Source: a virus
Strand: one strand, 5' to 3'
Virus record (IMG/VR): IMGVR_UViG_3300023174_004273
Location: 1 to 64,000 of that record
DNA: 64,000 nt
Of the stretch, positions 28,472 through 37,750 are shown piece after piece. Every line of letters begins with the position of its first letter. Position 1 is the first letter of the stretch. Made by a program: the position numbers and the translations under genes. The notes under the pieces were generated by a model, which was not told the DNA's origin, searched no databases, and saw only the letters and a list, made by a program, of their open reading frames with translations.

Positions 28472-28855
28472 TTAGTCCTGATGTTTTTTTCTATAGTCTT
28501 CAATCGCGGCTTTTATTGCGTCTTCCGCAAGAATCGAACAATGGATTTTAACCGGCGGAAGAGAAAGTTCCTCTGCGATCGCAGAATTCTTAATCGATCC
28601 TGCTTCGTCCAGCGTTTTACCCTTGACCCACTCGGTAACGAGTGAACTTGATGCAATCGCTGAACCGCATCCATAAGTTTTGAATTTTGCGTCTTCAATG
28701 ATACCATTGTCGTTGACCTTGATCTGTAGTTTCATGACATCACCGCAAGCAGGAGCACCAACCATACCAGTGCCAACACTATTATCGTCTTTGCCAAAGG
28801 ATCCAACGTTTCTCGGGTTTTCATAATGATCTATGACCTTATCGCTGTATGCCAT
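28472..28855 (-). CDS. iscU: Fe-S scaffold protein IscU
   Basis: DHYENPRNVG, APACGD, YGCGSA, LPPVKIHCS. Confidence 0.96.
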   Translation of the reverse strand: MAYSDKVIDHYENPRNVGSFGKDDNSVGTGMVGAPACGDVMKLQIKVNDNGIIEDAKFKTYGCGSAIASSSLVTEWVKGKTLDEAGSIKNSAIAEELSLPPVKIHCSILAEDAIKAAIEDYRKKHQD

Positions 28856-28890
28856 AAGAACCTCCTTGCTTTATTATACTTGATTATTTA

Positions 28891-29223
28891 CTAGATATCA
28901 ATGGCACGTTTGGCCATTTGGTTCACGGTTTTACGAGCCTGATCCACGCTCATTTTCTGATCTCCGGCCTGTGGAGTCTTTGAGCCTTTCCAAATGATCT
29001 CGCCGTTTTGGATAGAGTCAATGACTCCATTGAGAGGTGGTTGCACACTCAATGTTTCCAGGCGTTCAGCCGTCAAGTTGATGCCATTTTCATGAGCAAG
29101 ATTCACGAAGGCATCAACGTTCATAGGTTTGATGGCATCAGTGTCCTGTGCTCGTTTAAGCAAAAACTGGCCTATGGCGGCCAGTTTGGTTGCATCTGGA
29201 TCCCGGAATTCTCGGATCAACAT
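28891..29223 (-). CDS. Hypothetical (possible head protein)
   Basis: MLIREF N-terminus; in late cluster. Confidence 0.5.
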   Translation of the reverse strand: MLIREFRDPDATKLAAIGQFLLKRAQDTDAIKPMNVDAFVNLAHENGINLTAERLETLSVQPPLNGVIDSIQNGEIIWKGSKTPQAGDQKMSVDQARKTVNQMAKRAIDI

Positions 29224-29224
29224 G

Positions 29225-30262
29225 TTATCTACGCTCGCGGCCTAGAGCTTTGGCTGGTGGAAGTTCTTCATCAGCATCCAAATCTAGATTGGCATCAAGG
29301 CTTAGATCTGCGTCTTCTTCACCAGTGTCAGCACCGGGTACATCGCTTCCAGGAATGGGAGCGGCTCCTGCGGCACCAGCATCTTGTCCGGGTACCACTG
29401 GGGCTTGGCCTGTGAGTACACCTTGTGCGGTTTCCAGTTGGGTCTTGCTACCCTGGAGGCCCTGGATAAGACCTTGTAGTGCGGCTGTGACATCATTGTT
29501 AAACTGTTGTGCTTGATCCATGCCAACATCATTGCGGATTGAATCTACAAGAGCTGGTAGATCTTTGAACTGCATGGCTGACACTTGTTCGATCATTTTC
29601 TGTATCTGATCGACCATGTCTTGTGCGGCCAGTACGACCTGCGCCTGTTGCAAGTCGCTGGCTTCGCGCAGTTTCTTGCGACGACGTGCTTCTTGCATCT
29701 GACCAGGTGTGGTGGCAGCCTTGGCTGAAGCTGTTTTCAACATCTGCTGGAGTTTACCAGCCTGTGTTGGATCTTTCATGACATTGGCCATGCCAGTCAT
29801 TTGCTGGGCCAATGCGGCCTTGCTGCCAGCGTCTAGTGTTTTGCCAGCCACTGTGCTTTGTATGGCCTTGGTCAACTTGGCAGCTTGCCCACCTTGACCT
29901 GTGCCTGTGGCAACTTTGGCCACGCCTTTGGCTAGATTGCCGTCCATTGCGGCTGCCGCGGCTTGTTGTGGATCTTGCTGTGCCATGGCCATGCCTGGAG
30001 CGGCACCAGGTTGTGATTCTTTGACACGTCCCTCGAGAGCACGTTCCATCACGACCAGTTTGATATATGCAGGATTGCGCTCACTACGATGAAAATCAGA
30101 TGTTTCGCGATACTCACGAATCAACCCACGCACACGCTTGAGCATGGTTTGTGCCTGACTGTGTGTGATAGCATCAATGGCCAATGTCTGACCAAAGTGA
30201 CTTTCAAATACTTTCAGACTTTGTTGTGTTTTGGTTTTTGATTCCAATTCTTGCAGTTTCAT
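29225..30262 (-). CDS. Hypothetical (possible head/scaffold-like protein)
   Basis: Helical Q/A-rich with acidic tail, ends LGRERR; TAAATA upstream. Confidence 0.55.
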   Translation of the reverse strand: MKLQELESKTKTQQSLKVFESHFGQTLAIDAITHSQAQTMLKRVRGLIREYRETSDFHRSERNPAYIKLVVMERALEGRVKESQPGAAPGMAMAQQDPQQAAAAAMDGNLAKGVAKVATGTGQGGQAAKLTKAIQSTVAGKTLDAGSKAALAQQMTGMANVMKDPTQAGKLQQMLKTASAKAATTPGQMQEARRRKKLREASDLQQAQVVLAAQDMVDQIQKMIEQVSAMQFKDLPALVDSIRNDVGMDQAQQFNNDVTAALQGLIQGLQGSKTQLETAQGVLTGQAPVVPGQDAGAAGAAPIPGSDVPGADTGEEDADLSLDANLDLDADEELPPAKALGRERR

Positions 30263-30689
30263 CTTTGAATCCTTTTTGTTGCCAGTATTTAGCCAGATTT
30301 ACACATTTATCCAACTGTTCTTGGGCGTATTTTAAACGAGCTAGACTTTCAGCCAGCCGGTCTGCAGTCACGAATTTCAGCAAAGAATCCGTGCTGTTTG
30401 CCAGGGTATTGCGGTAATACATGATTTCATCAGATCTGCGTTCTATTTCATGATCCAGTGTTATCAATTCATTTGCCAAGCTATCTTTGCCGTACTTGTC
30501 TGCCACACACCAGCTCAATGCTACCTTGCTGGAACTGGGTTCTGCTGCCAAAGTGGCACCACGATAGACTTGATAACTGCGTTGATTTTTTGTTATGGTA
30601 TATTTGCCAAACGCTCGGATTTTGTCGTCCAAGCGCATGATAGCGTTGGAGTTGTTTATTAGATGGTCTCGAGCCAATCTTTCCAGCAT
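30204..30689 (-). CDS. Hypothetical protein
   Basis: 3' part of the track ORF 30204-31106; likely start MLERLA. Confidence 0.5.
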   Translation of the reverse strand: MLERLARDHLINNSNAIMRLDDKIRAFGKYTITKNQRSYQVYRGATLAAEPSSSKVALSWCVADKYGKDSLANELITLDHEIERRSDEIMYYRNTLANSTDSLLKFVTADRLAESLARLKYAQEQLDKCVNLAKYWQQKGFKDETARIGIKNQNTTKSESI

Positions 30690-30709
30690 GAGCTGGGCCT
30701 GGCGCTCGC

Positions 30710-30970
30710 TTATTTTAGTACGTAGTGTGTGAGGAACCACCCCACTATGCCGGACAGGAATACTATGATTCCGATTCCCCAGTTGATCAGACGATCGGTG
30801 TTGCGTTGACTCATTACGTGTACCATGTCGTGTACTTCGCGAATCACTGAGTTTAGATTTATCACGGTCTGCTCCACTGCTTCCAGCTTTTCCTCCAGAT
30901 ACTTGTATCTCTGGGCGCACAGTTCCACGTGTGTTTCTAGACTTTTCTTTTCGATGTCCGTTGTTTCCAT
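30710..30970 (-). CDS. Coiled-coil protein with C-terminal TM (holin-like architecture)
   Basis: SLETHVELC.QRY coiled coil plus one TM. Confidence 0.5.
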   Translation of the reverse strand: METTDIEKKSLETHVELCAQRYKYLEEKLEAVEQTVINLNSVIREVHDMVHVMSQRNTDRLINWGIGIIVFLSGIVGWFLTHYVLK

Positions 30971-30993
30971 TGGGGTCTTTCCTGGTTGACTGT

Positions 30994-31455
30994 TTATTTA
31001 TTGTCTTGGGCATGATAAATGATGTTGATGTCTGAACCTTGTGTGACCAACCAAGGTTCCATTTGGGCTGTTTCCTCCAGGCCCACGAGCATGGGAGTGC
31101 GATCACTGTCGTTTTTCAATATCCAAAACTCGTCGTCGTCTACCAACCACTGCGACTGTGGTTCTATTTCAAAGGTAAAGCGCCACACACGCATATCTGT
31201 GCCAGCCCAAGCAAACTCCGCAGGAACATCTGTGACCAGTTCAGGATTGGTGATTTCAAATATCTGTGTGCGCATGCCTATCAACTGTAGTATGGTGTCA
31301 AGATTGCGTTGCTGATTTCGAGCTTGTGCAAGTTCTTTGGAATCATTTATTTGTATACCGTTTTTAGTGGTATAAGGATATTGTATGTTGCGTTGAGTTC
31401 CATTTACAGCCGTAGCAGTGATGTCAAACAAGCACAAACATTCAACTTTCCGCAT
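30994..31455 (-). CDS. Hypothetical protein
   Basis: LFDIT.T...RNQQRN pattern; likely start MRKVE. Confidence 0.55.
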   Translation of the reverse strand: MRKVECLCLFDITATAVNGTQRNIQYPYTTKNGIQINDSKELAQARNQQRNLDTILQLIGMRTQIFEITNPELVTDVPAEFAWAGTDMRVWRFTFEIEPQSQWLVDDDEFWILKNDSDRTPMLVGLEETAQMEPWLVTQGSDINIIYHAQDNK

Positions 31456-31684
31456 TGTGCTTGAGTTCATAATATACCCGGACCTGATCTAACATTTCTT
31501 TGAGCGCAGGATCTGTCTTGGCAGCACGTCGGATACCTCCCCAGAGTTTGTCTTCTCTGATCATTTCCATAGTGCTTTGCTTTTCCGGACTGACTTTAAC
31601 CAGTTCTCTGTCTTGCTTGCCCACATGCCGACGGTATACTGTGTGTCCACCGTCGGGGCTTTCAAAAACGTATTCTCCGCTCAT
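31442..31684 (-). CDS. Hypothetical protein
   Basis: FESPDGG.TVYRR motif; TAAATA upstream. Confidence 0.6.
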   Translation of the reverse strand: MSGEYVFESPDGGHTVYRRHVGKQDRELVKVSPEKQSTMEMIREDKLWGGIRRAAKTDPALKEMLDQVRVYYELKHNAES

Positions 31685-31701
31685 GCAGGTATTTAAGCCG
31701 T

Positions 31702-31734
31702 AAAAAAACCCTAGTTAAAGAACTAGGGCTTTTT
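31702..31734 (-). terminator. Intrinsic terminator
   Basis: CCCTAGTT-AAAG-AACTAGGG with A/T tracts on both sides. Confidence 0.8.
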
Positions 31735-31753
31735 AGGTTCGAGCTAAACGCGA

Positions 31754-32137
31754 TTAAGCAGACAGTTTGAAACCGTTGGCTGTTGCGCTGTTGAGTTGGA
31801 AACCAGTGTAGGTGATGTTAGCGGCTGCTAAGAAAGCGGATGCATCAGCAAAAGCACCTGTTGGGTAAACAGCAACAGAAAGTGCTGTGCCGTCAACTTG
31901 GTACATAGCAACTGTGGATGTTTGCTGGATCGCTGTGATCACGTTAGCAACATACTCTGCTACACCGCCTTCGCCGTTGATGCTGTTGTTAGCAACTGCA
32001 CGGAAGAAGTCGAGTTTTGGACCTTGTGGCTGGACGGGAACGCCTGCCAACGAAGTTGAAGGTGCAACTGGACCATTTTGTGTGTCTAGTGCGAATACTG
32101 GTTGTGAATCACCATTGACTCTTGTAAAACCTGCCAT
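31754..32137 (-). CDS. Probable abundant virion protein
   Basis: Own TATAAATA (32178-32185), AAGGAG RBS and terminator; A/G/T/V-rich. Confidence 0.55.
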   Translation of the reverse strand: MAGFTRVNGDSQPVFALDTQNGPVAPSTSLAGVPVQPQGPKLDFFRAVANNSINGEGGVAEYVANVITAIQQTSTVAMYQVDGTALSVAVYPTGAFADASAFLAAANITYTGFQLNSATANGFKLSA

Positions 32138-32209
32138 GATATATCTCCTTATATTTGTGGGCCTTTTGCCCTACACTTATTTATACCAGAACGGAGAAAT
32201 CGGGCAGTA

Positions 32210-34063
32210 TCAAGCCAAATCGGGATTGTTGCGGGCAAAGTTTGCCGCACTAAACCGCATGCGATCCACGAACTTCATGCCTTGGCCCACATAGCCTTCA
32301 TGCCCGGGTTCGTTGTTGATGGATGCCTGCACGTCATGGGCTTGTGCATCTAGCTGGCGTACCAGTTCATTTTTAAGACTGCTCAAGTCTAAGAACGCTT
32401 GGAATACAGCGGCCACGGCCGCTTTGTTTTCTGTGGCCCATTCAAAGATGCGTGGTGCTTTGGCAGGTTCCTTGGCCTGGATCCAGGGTCCAAACCCACC
32501 TATGAGATTGTTGAAGTTACCTTCTCTCACCCGAGCATTGATATAGGTTTTCATCAGCTGTGGAAGGTTGGTTATTTTGCGGGCCCGCAGTTCCTGAGGA
32601 TCAAATAGCTGATCGATACCAGCGCCTTGTGTGGCAGCTATGGTCTTTAAATCTTTGACTGTGCTGGCATTGAGCTTGATGTCTCTGGGTTCTTTGAGGC
32701 TAGGGTCAAGTATCAACAAGCCTGGCACGGGTTTGAGTTCGGCAGCACGTATGGGCTGTGGTTGGGCGCCTGGTGCATCAAGAGCGGTATGTATGACCAC
32801 GGCCACTTCGCTGGCGCCAACCTGTTTGCCCAGTTCTGAATCCACAGGCACTGAATAAGTCACTGTGTTGGGCTGGAACACATAGGCTCCGTTGTTTACA
32901 GGCGGAGTGTTGCTGTACAACAAGTCACCTTGTATGTAGCCACGGAAGTCTGGTGGCACTGCGGCTCTCAACAATGGAAACAGTTTTTGGTACAGAGCTA
33001 TGAGTTCACCTCGCTCACCGCCACGTTGACCCATGATCTGTGCGATCTGTTGTGGACTGGTGGCCAAGCCATCATAGCCTTTGGCCAGGAACCCAGCCTT
33101 GTCTGTGAGTACAAAATCTCCATTGGGTTTGCGACCAAATATGATGGCAGGACGACCGTCCCATTTCACTGTGGCTGTGCTGGGCTGACGTGCTGTGGCC
33201 ACTATACCATCCAGTGCGCTGGTGATACCGCGACTGCCCATGTCAAACACCATGTCCTCGGGGTGCTCGATTCGCACTCCTTCCATGATCATGACCATGC
33301 CTTGGTTTACTATGCGATCACGCAGTCGACTCAAAAACGATACTTCATTTTCAGAAACTGGAGCTTCTGGGTCAGGCAATCCTTGCTGAGCTAGATATTC
33401 GCGAAAGTCTTTGAGCTTGTTTTCTTTTTCAGGATCTCGGCTCAGGGCCGCATAGATTGATTCCACAGTGCTCAAGTCTTTGCGTGTGGCTTTTTTATTG
33501 AGTATGGCCTTGGCCACTACATCTGGATCCTGGCTCAACAACTTGTTGGTAGCACGGTCAAACATGCCGTTGACTCCAACTTTGAGATTCTTGGTCTTGG
33601 CTATGGAACTCATCAGCACAGCACGAACCAACCCTTTGTAGGCTGAGTTTTCGCCTTGATTGTAAAAAAATGTGCCCCAATCCAGGTTGGGCAAGAACAT
33701 GAAATCTGTTTGCACGAATCCACGTTTGGGGTCACCGCCTATGGGTGTGCGGAGATGAACTTCGCCAGCTTTCTTGACCCACAGTTTGGGATCTTCTCCA
33801 TGGCTCTGTGCCCACTGGGTGAGACGGGCTGCCAACTGTTCTTTGGACATTTGGCTGGCATCCACTGCCAGGTCCATGTCGCCGGAAGTCACGGCTTTGC
33901 CTGTAGAACCCAGCCAACGTTCGCGGGGAAACTCCAAGCCAGTGAGTTGCTCGATCCACATGATCGTGGCCGCAACATCGCTTTGATTGATTCGTTGTGT
34001 GAGTGGATTGCCGTCTTTGTCTTTGAAGACGTTGCCACCTTCAGACAGTAGCCGCACCGCCAC
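32210..34063 (-). CDS. Fusion: Pol-beta-type nucleotidyltransferase + RNA/DNA-ligase-like nucleotidyltransferase domain
   Basis: LGSTG..SGDMDL...QTDF; then TVKWDG, IQGDLLY, EGYV, MKFV. Confidence 0.6.
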   Translation of the reverse strand: MAVRLLSEGGNVFKDKDGNPLTQRINQSDVAATIMWIEQLTGLEFPRERWLGSTGKAVTSGDMDLAVDASQMSKEQLAARLTQWAQSHGEDPKLWVKKAGEVHLRTPIGGDPKRGFVQTDFMFLPNLDWGTFFYNQGENSAYKGLVRAVLMSSIAKTKNLKVGVNGMFDRATNKLLSQDPDVVAKAILNKKATRKDLSTVESIYAALSRDPEKENKLKDFREYLAQQGLPDPEAPVSENEVSFLSRLRDRIVNQGMVMIMEGVRIEHPEDMVFDMGSRGITSALDGIVATARQPSTATVKWDGRPAIIFGRKPNGDFVLTDKAGFLAKGYDGLATSPQQIAQIMGQRGGERGELIALYQKLFPLLRAAVPPDFRGYIQGDLLYSNTPPVNNGAYVFQPNTVTYSVPVDSELGKQVGASEVAVVIHTALDAPGAQPQPIRAAELKPVPGLLILDPSLKEPRDIKLNASTVKDLKTIAATQGAGIDQLFDPQELRARKITNLPQLMKTYINARVREGNFNNLIGGFGPWIQAKEPAKAPRIFEWATENKAAVAAVFQAFLDLSSLKNELVRQLDAQAHDVQASINNEPGHEGYVGQGMKFVDRMRFSAANFARNNPDLA

Positions 34064-34712
34064 CTCCTATGGTTGTTACACCCGTGGATGCTGCCGATGC
34101 TTGATCCATGGCCTGTTGTACTAAATCTGCATGCAGTTGAGTATAGGTAGGTACTTCGGCTCCTTTTGGATCAACAAAACGACCTTTGGTAGAATCCCAG
34201 GTATATTTGACTTGACTGCTTTTTTTGCCCACGGTAGTTTGTGTATTGACCACGGTACCATTGGGTATCACATACATGGGATTGCTCTGTGCTTTGAGGT
34301 ACTGAGGAATAAAATGCTGATTCAAATAGTTTTTTACTGCTTGAGTGCTTTGTACATTGATATAGGTTTTCAAAGGAGCATCGTTGACATTGACTTTGGC
34401 GGCTTTTTCTAACCAACCACGGAATAATCCACGATACTCGTCGTCTGAAAATGGCTTACCGGCCGCGGTTTCCATTCTTTCAAACTCCTTGGCCCAGGCT
34501 GCCGTCCAGGCATTGGCCAGTTGATCAGTTTGTTGTATGCCTTTTTGTTTGGAAACTTTGTCAGCTAAGTTTTTATACCACTCAGGGGTAACAGAACCTT
34601 TGAATCCACTGAAGGCCTGTTGTATATCATTTTTGGTCTGTGCGTTATTTGCTTTGCCCAGGGCTTTCAAATCACTCCAGATACCTTCATTGACAATGTC
34701 ATTGACCTTCAT
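34041..34712 (-). CDS. Hypothetical (possible head-internal protein)
   Basis: MKVNDIVNEG N-terminus. Confidence 0.5.
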   Translation of the reverse strand: MKVNDIVNEGIWSDLKALGKANNAQTKNDIQQAFSGFKGSVTPEWYKNLADKVSKQKGIQQTDQLANAWTAAWAKEFERMETAAGKPFSDDEYRGLFRGWLEKAAKVNVNDAPLKTYINVQSTQAVKNYLNQHFIPQYLKAQSNPMYVIPNGTVVNTQTTVGKKSSQVKYTWDSTKGRFVDPKGAEVPTYTQLHADLVQQAMDQASAASTGVTTIGGGGAATV

Positions 34713-34953
34713 CGGTGCGCCTTACAGAACGAGTAAACTTTGATGCATCGCGCATCCGTATGGCATTTATCAGCTTGCGCTGTAGATTTTCTGCTTGATC
34801 GGCATCGTAGGTTTGTTCGATCTGCTCCAGGAGACGAATGGCGCTGGCAATCACGTTGCTGGCACGATTTTCAATGACATGGCGGCGATCGCGCTCGATG
34901 TACATGGCATCAAGTTCTTCTAGTATACTACGGGTCTTTTTTTGCATAATCAC
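34699..34953 (-). CDS. Hypothetical protein
   Basis: TRSILEELD helical protein; TAAATA upstream. Confidence 0.55.
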   Translation of the reverse strand: MIMQKKTRSILEELDAMYIERDRRHVIENRASNVIASAIRLLEQIEQTYDADQAENLQRKLINAIRMRDASKFTRSVRRTDEGQ

Positions 34954-34971
34954 AAAGCCTTTGTATTATAT

Positions 34972-35976
34972 TTATTGGCTTTGTCCGCAAACGTCATTGC
35001 AAATGATCTGGCGACCTTGCTCAAACTCAGGTATTTTCCAGGATTTTTCCACGTCTGCAAACCAGGAAATGCAGGATTCCAAATCATTTTGAACTGCGTT
35101 ATTGGGTTTTAATATCTTTTTTATCTGTGCATTGGCCGCTTGATGATAGGCGCCATGTCCATACTCTCTGGGATTGAATCCTAAAAAACAACAAGGATAC
35201 ACATCACCGGTACTGGATATGTACACGGATTTGCTTTTTTGTACCTGGCATTTTATAGGTCTTGGACTGCGCCCAGGCACGATGTCCTCCAACAGGACTT
35301 CATCGGTTTTTCTGCTGTCAAACAATATTTTAAAATCTGTTTGCGTAGGAGTTCCTATCACATGTGTGAGCTGGCCTTGATTATTAAAAACAGGGGCTTG
35401 ATCTCGACCATGATTGACCAATCGAAACTCTTGGAAACCCATTGCCATTGATAACTTACGAGCTTGGTCCCATTGGTGTTGATTATGATCAAACTCAATC
35501 ATTTTCCATACAGCATGCCCACCTGCGGCAATAAAGATTCCAGCGTTACGGATCACAGTGGAATACAGAGTGTTTTGCCTATAAAGACTGTGCGTGTCTT
35601 CGAGTCCGTCAATGCAAAATAGCACTACGATATTTAAATGGGCCAGAGATTCCCAGTAGTCTCTATCTCTGGCCCCACCATTGGTGCTGATCGATATTTT
35701 CAACAACGGATTTGTTTCTCGAAAATATGATAAAATGGGCACAGTTTCGGCGTTCATTACTGCATCGCCGAAGTTTCCGTTGACATAGATTTCATTGATC
35801 TGGGTTAAAAAATCTTTGGTGAATATCTTTTGTGCTTCGTCTAGGGTCATGTCATGTTCGACATAGCCATCATTGTAGGGATACCCATAGAAGTTCCTAG
35901 GGCACAGCGGGCAGGCCGCATTACACCTGCTGGATATTTCTAAATGCACATGCCTGATATCTTTCAGCTGATACAT
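34972..35976 (-). CDS. Radical SAM protein with SPASM/twitch-like tail
   Basis: CNAACPLC, STNGG, IDG, GDVYPCC. Confidence 0.88.
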   Translation of the reverse strand: MYQLKDIRHVHLEISSRCNAACPLCPRNFYGYPYNDGYVEHDMTLDEAQKIFTKDFLTQINEIYVNGNFGDAVMNAETVPILSYFRETNPLLKISISTNGGARDRDYWESLAHLNIVVLFCIDGLEDTHSLYRQNTLYSTVIRNAGIFIAAGGHAVWKMIEFDHNQHQWDQARKLSMAMGFQEFRLVNHGRDQAPVFNNQGQLTHVIGTPTQTDFKILFDSRKTDEVLLEDIVPGRSPRPIKCQVQKSKSVYISSTGDVYPCCFLGFNPREYGHGAYHQAANAQIKKILKPNNAVQNDLESCISWFADVEKSWKIPEFEQGRQIICNDVCGQSQ

Positions 35977-36002
35977 GGCTCACCATTTTTAATCATCAGA
36001 AC

Positions 36003-36018
36003 TATTTAAGATTAAATA
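36003..36018. promoter_or_regulatory. Back-to-back TAAATA promoters (radical SAM / dnaE)
   Basis: TATTTA-AGAT-TAAATA between divergent genes. Confidence 0.6.
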
Positions 36019-36046
36019 TGCCACAGGCACATTAAAGGCATATAAA

Positions 36047-37750
36047 ATGAAAACAGACTTAGAAAATATACAGGCACTGATGGCAGAGTTCCGTAGGCCC
36101 TGCCCTGACATTGTAGAATACCAAGAACGTCTAGTAGAAGAATTTGGTATCATTGTAGATCAACGATTCACAGATTACTTTCTCAAGATCCGACGAGTAT
36201 TGGATTTAAACCAAGACATACCACACATGACTCGAGGATCAGCAGGGTCAAGTCTTGTTTGTTATCTCATGGGTATCACTGACGTTGATCCTATAGAATG
36301 GAACATACCGCTGGCGCGATTCCTCAATCCGTTTCGAGACGATTTACCCGACGTTGACATTGATGTGCCGCACCACAAACAAGAGTTGGCCATGCAAAGA
36401 ATATTTGATGCATGGCCCGGCCGTACAGCAAGAATATCAAACTACGTGATGTACAAAGAAAAATCTGCACGTCGTGAAGCAGCCAAACGGTTGGGGGTCA
36501 AAGGCCGACTGCCCAAAGAAATAGATTATGCCAAACTTGGTGTTGATGTTGAAGAAGCCAAAAGAATAGAAAAGAAACTCATGGGCAAAAAACGCTGTCT
36601 GAGCAAGCACTGTGGCGGAATCATAGTGTTCGATCGACAGCTACCAAAAAGTTTATTTCGAGAAGACAATCTCATCTTGTTAGATAAAAATGAAGTAGAG
36701 GATCTCGAGCATCTCAAAGTAGACATTCTTGCCAATCGGGGATTGAGCCAACTCATGGAAATAGATTCCACTAGGATGATCCACGAATATCCCAAAACCG
36801 ATGACCTCACAGCAGACCTACTACAGCGAGGCGATGTGTTGGGTGTTACACAGGGAGAAAGTCCGGCTATGAGACGTTTGTTTCGTGCTATCAAACCTAC
36901 ATCAGTGGAAGACTGTGTGTTTGCTACTGCTCTAGTTCGTCCGGTGGCAGTAGAGGGTCGAAAAAAAGCCAGCTTCTTCCACGACTGGACCAAAAAAACT
37001 GTGCAAGATTCTGCCATAGTCTGCGAGGATGATGCCATAGAAAAAATAATGAAACTGATATCTGTCAACGCTTATGAAGCTGACATGTATCGTCGAGCAT
37101 TTGCTAAACGCAATGAAGAAAAAGTAATGGAGTTTATGTCACGACTGGGTGATCATCCACGACGTCATGAAATCTATCAGGAAATGCAAAGTCTGTCAGG
37201 CTTTGGTTTGTGTCGCGCACATGCTGTGAATCTTGGCAGGCTAATCTGGGCACTGGCTTATCAGAAAGCCCATAATCCTCGCGAGTTCTGGCGGGCGGCA
37301 TTGCTACATTGCCAAGGATCCTATGCTCGTTGGGTCTATCGAAATGAAGCCAAACGAGCAGGATGGGATTTGCGTGAACTAGGCTTTGAAAACTGGCTTA
37401 CAGAAGATCCTGTAGAAAGTTTTCTTGAACATGGATGCTGGAACTCGCCAGGATTCTTGCCCAACATGGGAGTAAAGAATCTCTATCTAGACAGATTTGA
37501 GTTTGCTGGCATCGTAGCTAACTCTAGAGTATTTCGCAGAGACAAACAACAGTACATACATTTTATCACGTTGGGTGTAGGCGAAGGTGAGTATGTCGAT
37601 CTCATAGTTGACCGCCCAGTAAAATACACCGCAGGATCAGTGATACTGGGCAATGGAGAAATGTGTAGTAGAGACGGTAGTCAGTTCTTACACTGCCACA
37701 GAAAAGACGTCAAATCTATGAGTATAGATCAATATCTCAGTTTGCCTTGA
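36047..37750 (+). CDS. DNA polymerase III alpha (DnaE)-like protein lacking the PHP domain
   Basis: RGSAGSSLV, DP, RFLN..R..LPDVDID, HCGGII, KVDIL, GVTQ.ES, RAHA; OB-like C-terminus. Confidence 0.85.
   Translation: MKTDLENIQALMAEFRRPCPDIVEYQERLVEEFGIIVDQRFTDYFLKIRRVLDLNQDIPHMTRGSAGSSLVCYLMGITDVDPIEWNIPLARFLNPFRDDLPDVDIDVPHHKQELAMQRIFDAWPGRTARISNYVMYKEKSARREAAKRLGVKGRLPKEIDYAKLGVDVEEAKRIEKKLMGKKRCLSKHCGGIIVFDRQLPKSLFREDNLILLDKNEVEDLEHLKVDILANRGLSQLMEIDSTRMIHEYPKTDDLTADLLQRGDVLGVTQGESPAMRRLFRAIKPTSVEDCVFATALVRPVAVEGRKKASFFHDWTKKTVQDSAIVCEDDAIEKIMKLISVNAYEADMYRRAFAKRNEEKVMEFMSRLGDHPRRHEIYQEMQSLSGFGLCRAHAVNLGRLIWALAYQKAHNPREFWRAALLHCQGSYARWVYRNEAKRAGWDLRELGFENWLTEDPVESFLEHGCWNSPGFLPNMGVKNLYLDRFEFAGIVANSRVFRRDKQQYIHFITLGVGEGEYVDLIVDRPVKYTAGSVILGNGEMCSRDGSQFLHCHRKDVKSMSIDQYLSLP

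Noticed and set aside
30690-31106. 5' half of the 300-aa track ORF 30204-31106
   Set aside because: Overlaps the better-supported 30710-30970 and 30994-31455 genes and has non-protein-like composition; the real start is probably near 30689.
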